From NCBI GenBank assembly GCA_963816145.1, contig CAWFJP010000005.1:347109-411108 (forward strand): a stretch of DNA of 64,000 nucleotides. Reading direction: 5' to 3'. Below, one piece after another: positions 50,044 to 61,359 of the stretch. The notes beneath the pieces are model-generated. The model did not search any database. It was not told where the DNA came from and was given only the letters and a program-made list of their open reading frames with translations. This DNA is from an uncultured delta proteobacterium. GTDB taxonomy: Bacteria; Desulfobacterota; Binatia; UBA9968. How positions within the stretch are numbered: the stretch's first letter is position 1; every line of letters starts with the position of its first letter. The position numbers and the translations under genes were made by a program.

Positions 50044-50992
50044 AGTCAGCGTCGTTATTCCGACTTACAATCGCGCGGAGTTCTTGGAACGCGCCATCAA
50101 GAGCGTCCTCGATCAGACGTTCCAGGATTTCGAGATCGTGGTCATCAACGACGCTTGTACCGATGGCGGACAAACCGACGCAGTAATGAAGCGCTTCGCG
50201 GACGATCGAATCATTTACGTCCGCCATGAAACCAACAAAGGCATCGGTGTGGCCAGAAATACGGGCGTTCTGAATTCGTCCGGCGAATACATCGCCTTTC
50301 TCGACGACGACGACGCCTGGCTGCCGCAAAAGCTCGAGCTGCAGTGCAAGCTTTTAGACTCCAGCCCCGCAAATGTCGGCGTCGTCTATACGGGCGGGTA
50401 CACCTTCGACTGGAAGAGCAAAAAAACCACCCGCCAAAGAACCCCTCGCCACCGAGGGAACATTCTCGACACACTGCGCGCCGGCAATTGCATCGGCACT
50501 AGCTCCCGCGTCATGGTGCGCAAGAGCTGTTTCGACAAGGTCGGACTCTTCGATGACGCCCTGCTCTACGGGGAAGATTTCGACATGTGGGTTCGACTGG
50601 CGCGCGAATTCCAGTTCGATTTTGTCGAGGAGCCGCTCATTCTGTACACGCGTCACGAGGTCAAGCTTACGACCAATTACGCGAAGCGACTTTGCGGCGC
50701 CAAAAGGATTTTCGAGAAGCATCGCGAGTATTTTTCCACGGACAAGCGGAGATACGCCCGGCTCCACTTTCAGCTCGGACTTCTCTACTGCTACAACGGC
50801 GAGATGGGCAAGGGCCGAAGGGCATTGTTGCAGGCGATCAAGTTATCGCCCTACCAGGCGAAGTTTTACTACTACTTGGGAGTTTCGCTGCTCGGAGCCC
50901 ACGGCTTGAAGCAGTGGATTCGCCTCACCAAACACATACGCAATACTTTCAGCGCCGCCGCACCCGAACTCCCGTCCGTACTCGATAAATAG
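50036..50992 (+). CDS. Glycosyltransferase family 2
   Basis: VSVVIPTYNR, FLDDDD, EDFDMW. Confidence 0.92.
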   Translation: MPKVSVVIPTYNRAEFLERAIKSVLDQTFQDFEIVVINDACTDGGQTDAVMKRFADDRIIYVRHETNKGIGVARNTGVLNSSGEYIAFLDDDDAWLPQKLELQCKLLDSSPANVGVVYTGGYTFDWKSKKTTRQRTPRHRGNILDTLRAGNCIGTSSRVMVRKSCFDKVGLFDDALLYGEDFDMWVRLAREFQFDFVEEPLILYTRHEVKLTTNYAKRLCGAKRIFEKHREYFSTDKRRYARLHFQLGLLYCYNGEMGKGRRALLQAIKLSPYQAKFYYYLGVSLLGAHGLKQWIRLTKHIRNTFSAAAPELPSVLDK

Positions 50993-51010
50993 TCGCCGGA
51001 GAACAGCTAC

Positions 51011-52261
51011 ATGGCAAACCTTCACAGATGGCTCTGTCGGATCGACACAGATGCGCCGCTTGCGGTGATTCTAGGCGGGAGCATCAACGGCCTGTGCTTT
51101 TCCCGCAGCCTTGGACGAAGAGGCATACCGACCTTGATGTTGGATTCACGGAAAAACTTCGGCATGTACACCCGCTACGGCCAGACGCATCTGCTGCCGC
51201 CCATCGAAGAACATGAAGGCGATTGGCTGGCATTTCTGGACGACGTCGGAAAGAGGCTCGCCAAGCCCGCAGCGCTGTTCGTCACTTCCGATGCGTGCCT
51301 GTTATTTCTTTCACGCCATCGCGACCGCATCGGGAAGTTTTTTCGCTTTCTCATTCCGGACGCTTGCTCACTCGAAAGTATCGTCAACAAGCGCCAGCAA
51401 TACACCCTTGCAGCAAAGGCGGGTATCTCGGTTCCCAAAACCGCCTACCCTGAGTCCATGTCCGACGCGCGGGCTTGGGCGCGGGAATTCCCGTATCCGT
51501 GCATTTTGAAGCCGTACATGTACCGGGGAAAAAAAACGATCGGGAAAAAAGCGGTTGTCATTCAAACCCCTCGGGAGTTGGTGGATGAATTCGCCAAGGT
51601 GGCGGACAGCGGCCAGGACTTTATGATCCAGGAAGTCATCCCGGGAGGGAGCACCGCTCTGGTCGCCTACCACGGCTTCTGGGACGCGGACGGCCAGGAA
51701 AGAGCCTGGTGGACTAAACGGCATCTTCGCGACATACCTTTTGCCGACGGAGCCTACCACGTCACCGTCGATGCGCCGGAGGTGGCGCACTTGAGCCGAA
51801 AGCTTCTCGCCGCGTTCGATTACCGGGGCTTTGCCCACGTCGAGTTCAAGTTCGATCAACGGGACAAAAGCTTTCGCCTGATGGAGATCAACGCCCGCAC
51901 CGGACAGTCCTCCCAGCAGGGGATTGCGGCGGGCATCGATCTGCCGTGGATCGCCTATTCGTATCTTACCAGTAATGGCACGAACCATGTGGCGCCCGAG
52001 ACTTTCAAGCGAGGCGTGACGTTCGTCAACGAGGACGTAGACCTCAGGGGATTTTCGAGAAATTGGCGCGCCGGCAACGTCAAATTTATGCCGTGGCTTG
52101 CATCGATCTTGATGGCCGAAGCCAAGGCGCATTGGGCCTGGGACGATCCCGGTCCTGGTCTGGCTCTGGCAATGGATCTGGGAGAGGAGTTTTTTAGAAC
52201 AACCATGCGGCCAAGACGCGCTACATCCGGCACGTCAGAAGATAACCCATGCCGATGCTGA
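51011..52261 (+). CDS. ATP-grasp carboxylate-amine ligase (D-aspartate ligase-like)
   Basis: YPCILKP, IQEVIPG, VEFKFD, MEINAR. Confidence 0.82.
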   Translation: MANLHRWLCRIDTDAPLAVILGGSINGLCFSRSLGRRGIPTLMLDSRKNFGMYTRYGQTHLLPPIEEHEGDWLAFLDDVGKRLAKPAALFVTSDACLLFLSRHRDRIGKFFRFLIPDACSLESIVNKRQQYTLAAKAGISVPKTAYPESMSDARAWAREFPYPCILKPYMYRGKKTIGKKAVVIQTPRELVDEFAKVADSGQDFMIQEVIPGGSTALVAYHGFWDADGQERAWWTKRHLRDIPFADGAYHVTVDAPEVAHLSRKLLAAFDYRGFAHVEFKFDQRDKSFRLMEINARTGQSSQQGIAAGIDLPWIAYSYLTSNGTNHVAPETFKRGVTFVNEDVDLRGFSRNWRAGNVKFMPWLASILMAEAKAHWAWDDPGPGLALAMDLGEEFFRTTMRPRRATSGTSEDNPCRC

Positions 52262-52520
52262 AACCGCTTATTAAAAACCTGGCATTCCCGGTTTTCGCCA
52301 GTCAGGCGCCCCGCGCTCGTTACGTCGTTGTCTCTTCGCGCAGAAGTTGACCATGATCGGCTGTTTGACGGTCCTATGTTTCTGGCCAAAGACACGACCG
52401 GTGTTTTTGTTGACGAATGGCTCTTTCAAACTGGGATGATATTTCTCTCGACGACGCGATCCCGGAGGAATGTGAATCGGTGTGATTTTTTAACGAAAGT
52501 ATAAGACTTCAATATTTCCG

Positions 52521-53636
52521 TTGATAAAAACGATGTCTATGATGAGACCATTGATCTGTGCCGCTAGTGGTGCACTTGCCGCGTTGGGGCTCCCTCGCTT
52601 ACTCCACAAACTTGCGTTTCGCGACCAACTTGCCATCCTTACTTATCATGGTGTCGTGGAGGCTCCGCTAAAAATACCGAACTGGTGTTTTATCGACTCG
52701 AATTCATTTAGAGATCAGATTAAATATCTGAAAAGTTATTTTACTGTCCTTCCGCTCTCGCAAGCAATTGGCCACTTGAAAGAGGGGCGAATTGATCGAC
52801 CAACAGTGGCGATCACCTTCGACGACGGGTTTCAAAACAATTATACGGTTGCGTTTCCAATTTTGCAGGAGGCGGGACTACCTGCCATGATTTTCCTGAC
52901 GACCGGATTGGTCAACACAGACGATACGGTTTGGTTTTGCCGCCTCAACCGAGCGCTTGGCGACACTGACAAGCACGATCTTGATTGGCACGGCGTCAGT
53001 TTAGACCTTTCGACTACTCTTGGAAGAGCCAGCGCCGCTAAGAAGATACAGAACCAATTGAAGGAATTGTCACCTTCTGATCTCAAACGGGGGCTGCGGG
53101 AAATTCTTTTCCGATTGGGAGATGATCCAGAGCGCCCCATCGAGAGTGATTCTCCCTATAGGATGTTGAACCGTGAATCCATTATTAAGATGAAGGATTC
53201 CGGTCTGATCGAGTTCGGGGCACATACGCATTCGCACGCAATTTTGAGCCGCCTTTCCGAGCGCGATCAAAGGGATGAAATCGAGAAATCGGTTGTAGCT
53301 GTCACAGAAATTACAAATAGGCCGTGCAGATTTTTCGCCTATCCGAATGGCATGAACCCTGATTACAACAAACAGTCCGTTTCCATCCTCGAAACTTCTG
53401 GCATTCAGGCAGCGGTGACGAGCGAAGTGGGGCCGAACTACAAAGATAGTTCGTTGATGGAACTGCGACGTTACGGCGTCGGTCCAAACGATACGATAGG
53501 GGAATTTCAGATGAATGTTCATCACATGCGACACCATATTAAGGTGTATTTTTTGTTACACCCCTCGAACCTGAAAACTCAACCTTATTCGTTTAATATG
53601 GTGGCGACGCGGAAAACCCGGACGAACGGGGACTAG
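52521..53636 (+). CDS. Polysaccharide deacetylase (CE4)
   Basis: TYHGV, TFDDG, GAHTHSH, FAYPNG. Confidence 0.9.
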   Translation: MIKTMSMMRPLICAASGALAALGLPRLLHKLAFRDQLAILTYHGVVEAPLKIPNWCFIDSNSFRDQIKYLKSYFTVLPLSQAIGHLKEGRIDRPTVAITFDDGFQNNYTVAFPILQEAGLPAMIFLTTGLVNTDDTVWFCRLNRALGDTDKHDLDWHGVSLDLSTTLGRASAAKKIQNQLKELSPSDLKRGLREILFRLGDDPERPIESDSPYRMLNRESIIKMKDSGLIEFGAHTHSHAILSRLSERDQRDEIEKSVVAVTEITNRPCRFFAYPNGMNPDYNKQSVSILETSGIQAAVTSEVGPNYKDSSLMELRRYGVGPNDTIGEFQMNVHHMRHHIKVYFLLHPSNLKTQPYSFNMVATRKTRTNGD

Positions 53637-53638
53637 TC

Positions 53639-54951
53639 TTGAGCACCATAATCAATAGGTATGAGAGAACTCGGTCGCGGGGGGTGGGGGCGGAGCCTCA
53701 TAATCATTCCCGACAGGTTTCGAGCCTTACAAACCTGCGTGTAGAAGTCCCGTTCGCAATTCGCTGGTCCTTGCTGCTGTTCGTCTTTACTATTCCTTTG
53801 GAATCTTCCGATCTGCCGGGTCTCTCGTCTCTGAAACAACTAGCGGCCTTGTCGTTCTTTGGCGCGTATTTCTTTTACCATAATCCGTTTGCTAAGAGGT
53901 CTCTACCCAAGATCCCTCGACCCATGTGGTGGTTCATTCCCTATATTCGTCATTTATCTGGTACACGGGCTTGTTCCTTCGGACGAGGGTGCGAGCCAGT
54001 TTTTGACACGTATTGGTAACGATTTTACAGTTGATGATCTTCTGCTGGTTGACTGCAAGTCTCCTAACGGAACAAAAGACGATGCGGGACGTTTTGCTTG
54101 CGTACTCGGCAGCATGCGTCATTTTGGCGTCGGTACGACCTTGAGCCTTCCTGGCTTTTCCAGTCAGGTCAAAGTCGTTTCCGGGGCCGAGAGGGTTACA
54201 GTCGAAGGGTACGACGCAAACTCCATGGCAATAACCCTCGCACTCGGGGTGTTGGCATTGATAGGGCTGTGTCTCAATGGCACATTAAAGAATTTTCTAA
54301 CCAACGTATCGGCTCTGATGATGACCCTGCCTCTTGCCGTTGCCATTGTCGGGACCGGCTCACGCTCGGGTGTGGTAGTGTTAGTGACTGGATTTCTGAT
54401 TTATTTGCTGCCGCTCCGGAAATCGCACAGAATAATCGGTGCATGGAGTTTAGCGGCTATCGGCTTGGCAGGTTTAGTGTGGTTACTCTTGGCAAACCCT
54501 GACTTTTCCCGCCGGTGGGAGCAGGTCGTCTATGAGGGCAGCACTGCGGGCCGGGACAAAATTTATCAAATCGGCTTTGAAATGTTTTTGGAACGACCGT
54601 TCTTCGGTTGGGGTCATGTAGAGTCACGAGAAGAACTGGGCGTTCGCGTAAATCATTCATGGAGCCAAAGAGATCCCGCATGATCTTCTACTCGAGATTG
54701 CTTTGCAGGTCGGCTTGGTTGGCGGAATCCCATTTCTTGTGGGACTAGGAATGTTCTGGAAAGCCGCATGGAAATCCCGTAGGGCGCTCAACGGTCTTTT
54801 GCCTATGGCGATTACCACGGCGGTTTTAGTAGGCAGCCTCGCGGTTCCACTCGGTACCAAGAAATTCTTCTGGTTCACGCTTGCATTTGCGATCGTACCG
54901 CAAATTCCGACGGCAAGTGTTACGACATTTTTCCACAAAGACGCGGGTTGA
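53639..54951 (+). CDS. O-antigen ligase/Wzy polymerase family membrane protein, broken by several indels
   Basis: Three ORF pieces; TGSRSG, GRDKIY, ERPFFGWG; DPHDLLLE after correcting +1 near 54677. Confidence 0.8.
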
Positions 54952-54971
54952 CGCACGCGCGGTGTAAGAGT

Positions 54972-56264
54972 ATGAAAATCCTCGTCTTGGCAGGCACTTA
55001 TCCACATGCAGGCCATCCTTTCTCAGGTATTTTCAATGAAAAATGCGCCATCGTTTTAGGCGAAATGTGCGATCATCTGTCGGTTTTGGCTCCCCGCCCG
55101 TATGTTCCTCCGGGTTTAGCGATTCTTCCACGGTGGAAATCTTATGCGAGAATCAAAGGAAGCGAGGTCAGGAACGGCATATCCATTCATCGACCGTTAA
55201 CTCCACTGATTCCGAAGGTTGGATCCGCCCTGTGGGCAGATCTAGCGCCTTTTTTCTTTTCGCTCAACACGGCGAAAAAGCTGCACCGCTCCATCGGGTT
55301 TGACGCCATAATCTCCTTTGACATTATTCAGGCCGGAGGTATCGCCTGGCGAATGGGCAAGCATCTAGGAATTCCTGCGGCAGGGTGGGCGTTTGGCAGT
55401 GACTTGCGTCATTCTAAGGGCTCTCCCTTAGGTGGCGTTGCCGCGCGCGCAGTCAAACAACTGGATCTGGTCTTTTATCAAAGTCACGAACTCCTCCTAA
55501 AAGCGGCGGATCTTCTTAATACGACCGAGGACAGAATGAGCGGCGCTCGGCATATCATCCTGCCTCATGGCATACCGGAACCGCCCGCTATCGCGCGAAG
55601 AACCCTTCGAGATCAGATACGTAGCGAGCTACGAGTCAGAGAGGACGAGACGCTGCTCCTCTACACGGGGAGAATTGTTGTAAAGAAAGGGCTATTAGAG
55701 CTTCTAGCCGCGTTGGAAATCGCCATAGCGCGCAAGCCGAATATCAGATGCGTCATGCTCGGCTCTCATCGATCTTACGATGAAACAACCACCGTAGAAC
55801 AAGTAATCAACAAAACGGCTCTCTTAAAGCACCATGTTCAAATCGTTCCGGCTTGTTCGGCTAGCAAAGTATGGGAGTATCTATGTGCCGCCGATATCTT
55901 CGTGTTCCCGAGCCATAACGAGGGCATGCCCAACAGCCTGCTCGAAGCCATGGCCATGGGTCTGCCGGCAGTGGCATTTGCCATCCCGGCATTGGCAGAC
56001 ATGAATGATGGCGAGCAAACGATTCTGCTGGTTCCGCCTCTCGACGTTGATAAACTGTCGGACTCGATTTTGCGTCTTGTGGAGTGTCCCGAGGCAGGGC
56101 TTCGACTCGGAGCTGCAGCAAGGAGACATGTGATGGATCGGTACATGGTAAAAAAGAACATGTCTAAAGCTCTCAATTATTTGCGTCAAGCAGTGCTTTC
56201 GAAGAAAACTGTCGGTTCTTCCACTGGCCTCGGTGACTCCTCTAGGGTTGGTGTTTCTGTCTGA
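54972..56264 (+). CDS. Glycosyltransferase family 4 (TuaC-like)
   Basis: YTGRIVVKKG, ADIFVFPS, EGMPNSLLEAMA. Confidence 0.9.
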   Translation: MKILVLAGTYPHAGHPFSGIFNEKCAIVLGEMCDHLSVLAPRPYVPPGLAILPRWKSYARIKGSEVRNGISIHRPLTPLIPKVGSALWADLAPFFFSLNTAKKLHRSIGFDAIISFDIIQAGGIAWRMGKHLGIPAAGWAFGSDLRHSKGSPLGGVAARAVKQLDLVFYQSHELLLKAADLLNTTEDRMSGARHIILPHGIPEPPAIARRTLRDQIRSELRVREDETLLLYTGRIVVKKGLLELLAALEIAIARKPNIRCVMLGSHRSYDETTTVEQVINKTALLKHHVQIVPACSASKVWEYLCAADIFVFPSHNEGMPNSLLEAMAMGLPAVAFAIPALADMNDGEQTILLVPPLDVDKLSDSILRLVECPEAGLRLGAAARRHVMDRYMVKKNMSKALNYLRQAVLSKKTVGSSTGLGDSSRVGVSV

Positions 56265-56282
56265 TTTCTCTCTCGGCAACTT

Positions 56283-57194
56283 ATGAGCATCCCAGACAGA
56301 AAGTTAATAATTACTGCGGACGATTACGGGTTGTGTGATTCCGTAAACCAAGCGATAGAGGAATGTCTGGAGGCGGGTACCGTGCGCGCGACGTGTGTCA
56401 TGGCTAACATGCCGGCTTATACCGACGCTGAAGCTTTATCCCGAAGATTTCCCAAAAGCTCAATCGGTATTCACTGGAACTTAACTCAAGGCCGGCCAGT
56501 TCTTCCGTGTGAGAAAGTCAGGAGCCTGGTTAATAGCAACGGTGTGTTTTTCGGGCCTCGGGAGCTCAAGCGGCGTTGGTCCAATGGACATGTGGAGTTG
56601 AAAGAAGTGGGAGCAGAACTTAGGGCACAATTTGATCGACTGATTCAGCTGGCCGCCCGAGTTGATTTCTGGAATACGCATCAGGACAGTCACATGTATC
56701 CCAGACTTTTTCAGGCAGTCGTGCAAATCGGGCGTGAGCTAAGAATTCCAGCGATGCGCAGTCATCGCCGTATAACAGTTCCTCGGGAAACTAGTTCTCT
56801 ACAGTACAATTTGAGTCATCCACAATACTGGCTGAAAGGCCGGATGATTGCGTGGTGGTCGGCGCGGGCGGAGACATTGGGAACACTAATGCCGGGCGCC
56901 AAGGTTCACGCGCCAGGATATGATGGAGAAGCCGCCTCGATAAAGCAAATTATAGAACGGATTGCTTGGTTCAAGGTCCGAAAACCGATTGAGATGGTGA
57001 TCCATCCCGCAACCGCTGTGCGTCAAGATTTGTTCGGGACACTCACAGAATCCCGCCTCATTGAGTATCAGACATTTCGGAATCCTAAGCTTGCGGACCT
57101 GTTACGCCAAAATGACATCGAACTGGTAGGTTTCGACGCGCTCGGTCCTCAAGAAGTGAGCAGTCAGCGGCGAACAGTGAGCAGTAAACAATAA
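56283..57194 (+). CDS. ChbG/HpnK (YdjC) family deacetylase
   Basis: ADDYG, GIHWNL, NTHQDSH, MVIHP. Confidence 0.88.
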   Translation: MSIPDRKLIITADDYGLCDSVNQAIEECLEAGTVRATCVMANMPAYTDAEALSRRFPKSSIGIHWNLTQGRPVLPCEKVRSLVNSNGVFFGPRELKRRWSNGHVELKEVGAELRAQFDRLIQLAARVDFWNTHQDSHMYPRLFQAVVQIGRELRIPAMRSHRRITVPRETSSLQYNLSHPQYWLKGRMIAWWSARAETLGTLMPGAKVHAPGYDGEAASIKQIIERIAWFKVRKPIEMVIHPATAVRQDLFGTLTESRLIEYQTFRNPKLADLLRQNDIELVGFDALGPQEVSSQRRTVSSKQ

Positions 57195-57535
57195 GCCATG
57201 AGCAGTGAGCAGGCAACCGTAAACAGCGAGCGGTGAGCAGTAAGCAGCGAAAAGAACCAAATTACAAAGAAGTCAGCGCGGGGAAGCCGCGATGTTCGCT
57301 AAGAAAGCACTACGACTCCGAACTTTGCGTTCTTGGCGTCCTTTCGACGTCGCTCAAGACAGGCTTGGCGCGAGTAAGTTCCAACAATCGCACATTTCGG
57401 GCGTCTGAAAAAATTGCGCAGATTGGGAAAACTCCAAAGCACAGTATTACTTAGAATTCCAAATTATTCTGTTCGCTCTCTCCGTCCTCTATGGATCTCC
57501 TACTGCTCACCGCTCACCGCTCACTATTTACGGTT
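57155..57535. repeat. Long-range inverted heptamer arrays (AGTGAGC / GCTCACC) enclosing another palindromic remnant
   Basis: CCGTAAACAGCGAGCGGTGAGCAGTAAGCAG near 57217-57247 mirrors CTGCTCACCGCTCACCGCTCACTATTTACGG near 57503-57533. Confidence 0.75.
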
Positions 57536-58747
57536 AGCCGTCTATTCTTGTTTGTTCTCTACCTGCTTTTACCGTCGAACCTTTGCGCGTCACCGACGGG
57601 CCGGGAGTTTCAGATCGGCGAATACCGTGCCCTGTCTTTGTTCGGTGATGCGCGTATACTTCCCGATGTAGCGTATGTCTCGTTTGCGGGGGACTTCGGG
57701 TTTTCCGGGCGTTTGCCGCCAAAGGACGTCATTGACAGGCATGTTGCTCAGGAATCGGCTCTGCTCGCGAATTTCCAGCTGCGGGTAATCAATTTGGAAT
57801 ACATGTTGCCCGGAATCTCGGGGCGCGAGCCGGATCGACAAATCGATAAAGTCGCAGTAGATATTTTGAGACGAAGCGGGTTCGACGTAATTTCCCGGGC
57901 GAATAATCACGCAATGGATCACGGCGTGGAGGGAGTTGCTTACAATAGCCGCATTTTGCAAGAAGCGCGATTCATGATGATCGGGCCTCGTGGTTATCCA
58001 GTGCATATTTGGGATGCGGCCGGCGGCAAGATCGCCATATTCTCTCTGACCGACTACACCGATCGGCCGGATGCAGACGGCCTGATCTTAAAAATCAATG
58101 ACGCCGATTTGAGCTTGATCAAGACAAAGTTCGCTGACGCCAATTTCCGCATAGCTTTTATCCATCTCGGTTCCCTGAGCTTTTACCCCAGCGCCCACGA
58201 GCGCGATCAGGTAAAGCGAATCTTAGATGCTGGCGCGGACCTGGTGGTCGGTACTGGCAGCCATTTCATCAAGGGCTTCCTTCATGAAAACCAAAAGCCG
58301 GTGATCTACGGAATCGGCAATCATATTTTTTCTTATGTGGATAATGATACCGAACCGATCGGGCTGCACTTTGTTGCCGGATTTAAGAGTCGCCAGCTTA
58401 TCCAACTCTTCGTTGTCCCTTTCTACAATACCATCAGGGAGGGTAAGACCGGTCCTTTGGACGAAGCCTCTTTTGTGTCATTCAAAAAGAGTTTCGCTGA
58501 TCGATCGATAAACGACTCTTCGCGCTACTACTCCGATCCTCGCACCGTTGCCGGCTTCCAGGAGCGCCTGCGAGAACTTACTCTTTCGAAGTTCCGTGAT
58601 CTGAGAGCGCGGCATTTCATCTACGCAACTGGAATTCTGATTCATAATTATCCGTGGTTAGTTACTAGCGCATGCTTGAGTGTCTTGGTCGGTGCGACAA
58701 TCGTTGGTCGTTGGACTGTGTTGCGATGGCGTAGGAGAAGGACTTAA
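57491..58747 (+). CDS. CapA family metallophosphatase-fold protein
   Basis: FAGD, NLE, ANNHAMDHG, IHLG, GADLVVGTGSH, YGIGN; C-terminal TM. Confidence 0.8.
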   Translation: MDLLLLTAHRSLFTVSRLFLFVLYLLLPSNLCASPTGREFQIGEYRALSLFGDARILPDVAYVSFAGDFGFSGRLPPKDVIDRHVAQESALLANFQLRVINLEYMLPGISGREPDRQIDKVAVDILRRSGFDVISRANNHAMDHGVEGVAYNSRILQEARFMMIGPRGYPVHIWDAAGGKIAIFSLTDYTDRPDADGLILKINDADLSLIKTKFADANFRIAFIHLGSLSFYPSAHERDQVKRILDAGADLVVGTGSHFIKGFLHENQKPVIYGIGNHIFSYVDNDTEPIGLHFVAGFKSRQLIQLFVVPFYNTIREGKTGPLDEASFVSFKKSFADRSINDSSRYYSDPRTVAGFQERLRELTLSKFRDLRARHFIYATGILIHNYPWLVTSACLSVLVGATIVGRWTVLRWRRRRT

Positions 58748-58751
58748 TCCG

Positions 58752-60201
58752 ATGATTGACGACTGGAAAATGGAGATTTACTGGCGCTTGCCGGTTTATC
58801 TCCAGGAGACCGCTCTCAGTCTCTATGCCCGGCGTCTCGACCAACTCTATTACGGCGACGGCTATCAGAAATGGCGCAGACAGTTTGAGCAGTGGAAAGA
58901 GTGGTCGCGCTCGGAGGCCGACGCCTGGGAGAACCAGCAGCTGCAGTTCATTCTCGAGTTGGCCGGAACGCGGGTGCCGTATTACCGTGAGGCATGGCGC
59001 AAGCTTGATTGGCGCTCGGTCCACTCCGAACGGGATCTCAGTATCCTCCCGCTGCTCGATAAGCAGTCGCTTCGCCAAAATGAAAAATCGTTCATCGTGG
59101 ACGGCTTGAAGCCCGAGTCGCTCTGGGTTGAAAAGACCAGTGGCACAACTGGAACGCCGATTAAAATCTACTGGTCGCGCTCCACTTTACCGAAATGGGC
59201 GGCACTGAAAGATACCATGATCAGAAACGCCGTCGGCGTCGGTAACGATCAACCACGCGCGATGATGGGTACGCGGCCGATTATCAGAGGTCGTACCAGC
59301 CGGCCACCGTACTGGCGCTACAATCGGACCTGGAGACAACTGTATCTCTCAAGTTACCACGTGTCGCAATCTACAGCGCGGGATTACGCTGAGGCGATTC
59401 AGACATACGGATCTCAATGGATTACGGGCATTGGCTCTGCGATTGCAGCGCTTGCAGAATGTTCCTTACAGTCAGCAGTGCCGAGTACGCCACTGAAGAG
59501 AGCCATTGTTAGTGGTGATACACTTCTTCCCTGCGATGCGAACGAGTATTGAAACGTTTTTTAAATGTAAATGTCTCGACCAGTACGGGCAAAACGAGGG
59601 AGTAGCAATGGCCATGGAGTGCCTCCATGGAAAAATGCACATCATTCCGGGAGCTGGTATTTGGGAGATTCTGAGGGATGATGGATCGCCTTGTGCGGCG
59701 GGCGAAGTCGGCGAGATCGTAGGCACAACCTTGATCAATGACTCCATGCCTTTAATTCGATACCGGCTCGGTGATTACGCGGCTTGGGCTGAAGAACAAA
59801 CTTGCTCGTGCGGCAACCAACAGCCTATCATCACCAGTCTGGAAGGGCGGGCCGACGATTACCTGATCACATCCGATGGCCGAAAAATCGGCAGACTTTC
59901 GTCGGCATTCACTAGAAGACCGGCGATTCACTCGGCGCAGATCGTTCAGGACGCACCCGACCACGCCTACGTTCTGATTCGACCGGCAGAGGGTTACTCT
60001 CAGGCAGATCGGGTTGCCATTCGGGAGAACATTCTGGACCGAATCGGCAATATCGGTTTGGAGATCATTGAAACGTCACAAATCCCAAAAACGCCGCAAG
60101 GAAAAACGCCGCTGGTAGTCCGTCTCGCGGATCGGCCGGCCCTCAAGAGTATTTACAGAAAAATTATCGATAAAGAACGACTTTCCGTCACGACAACGTG
60201 A
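58752..60201 (+). CDS. Phenylacetate-CoA ligase-like adenylating enzyme (CapK-like); +1 frameshift near 59530
   Basis: VPYY, TSGTTG, DQYGQNE, MPLIRYRLGD, GRADD. Confidence 0.85.
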
Positions 60202-60211
60202 CTGCCGCTCT

Positions 60212-61355
60212 ATGAAAATCTGCCATATCACGACCGTTCATAAGCCCAAGGACGCGCGGATATTTTACCGCATGTGCAGTGCTTTAGCCGCCAAGGGGCA
60301 CGAAGTAACATTGATAGCATCGGCGCCCTTCGCGGATGAAGTCGGAGTTCATTCGTCGTCATGGAACGAGCGGATTGCGCCTGCGGGACGCGTCTCTCGG
60401 ATCATCCTTGCTTTGAGGGCCGCTTTATCGGAAAACGCCGACGTTTATCACTTTCATGATCCGGAATTGATTTCCTTAGGATTGGCGCTCAAGCTGGTCC
60501 GACCCTCGAAGACCGTCGTTTACGATGTGCACGAAGATTATCCATCGATGATGCTGGATAAGTACTGGATCCCTACGCCGGTCAGACCCTTGATCTCAAA
60601 GGCTGCAAGGATGGCCAACAGTTTGGCTTCATTGTGTCTGGACGGGATCGTCACCGCCGACCTGGGTGTGCAGAGCGATTTTCAGAGAATTGCCGGTGAG
60701 AGAACTCTGGTTTATTACAACTTTCCAGTGCCGGATGTGTTCAGACCGAGTGTGAACGGCGCGCCGATAGCCGATCTCGTTTACATCGGGGGAATGAGCA
60801 AGCGAACCGGGATGTTCGTGCTGTTGGACGCGCTGGCTTTGTTGGGCCGCGAAGGAATTCGGCCTACCGTGCGATTGGCAGGATACACCGACGGAGAGGC
60901 GGGCCGGCGGCAAATCGTGGACGGCATAAAGAGCCGCAAATTGGAAGCACAGATCGATTTTCGCGGACGGATGCCGCACAGCGAGGTTCCCGACTGGATT
61001 CGCAGCGGTGCGGGTCGGTCTCGTGATGCTCCAATCGATACCGAAATTTATGAAGAACATTCCGACAAAAATGTTCGAGTACTGGGCCTGCGGCCGTTCG
61101 GTGATCGCCAGCGATCTGCCGCCAATCCGGCAGTTTTGCCGGGACCGGACCCACGGCGTGTTGTTTGCGCCAAGCAGCGCGAAGAGTTTGGCGGATGCCA
61201 TCCGATATATGCTGGACCACCCTGAGGCAAGGGAACAAATGGGATCAGTTGCTCAACGGCAGGTCTGCGATGAATGGAACAACGAGACCCAGGTCGAGCA
61301 ACTCATCGGCTTTTATGAACGCGCCCTCGCCACTAAAGCGTCTAAGGTCGCTTAA
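60212..61355 (+). CDS. Glycosyltransferase family 4; +1 frameshift near 61010
   Basis: HITTVH, DARIF, HFHDPE, YDVHED; PTKMFEY tail in ORF 61008-61355. Confidence 0.85.
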
Positions 61356-61359
61356 CCGC

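Noticed and set aside
54681-54683. TGA in the O-antigen ligase as a second selenocysteine
   Set aside because: The homologous sequence continues in a different frame and is explained by one extra C
57155-57535. CRISPR array
   Set aside because: Degenerate 7-mer units without unique spacers; no cas genes in the window
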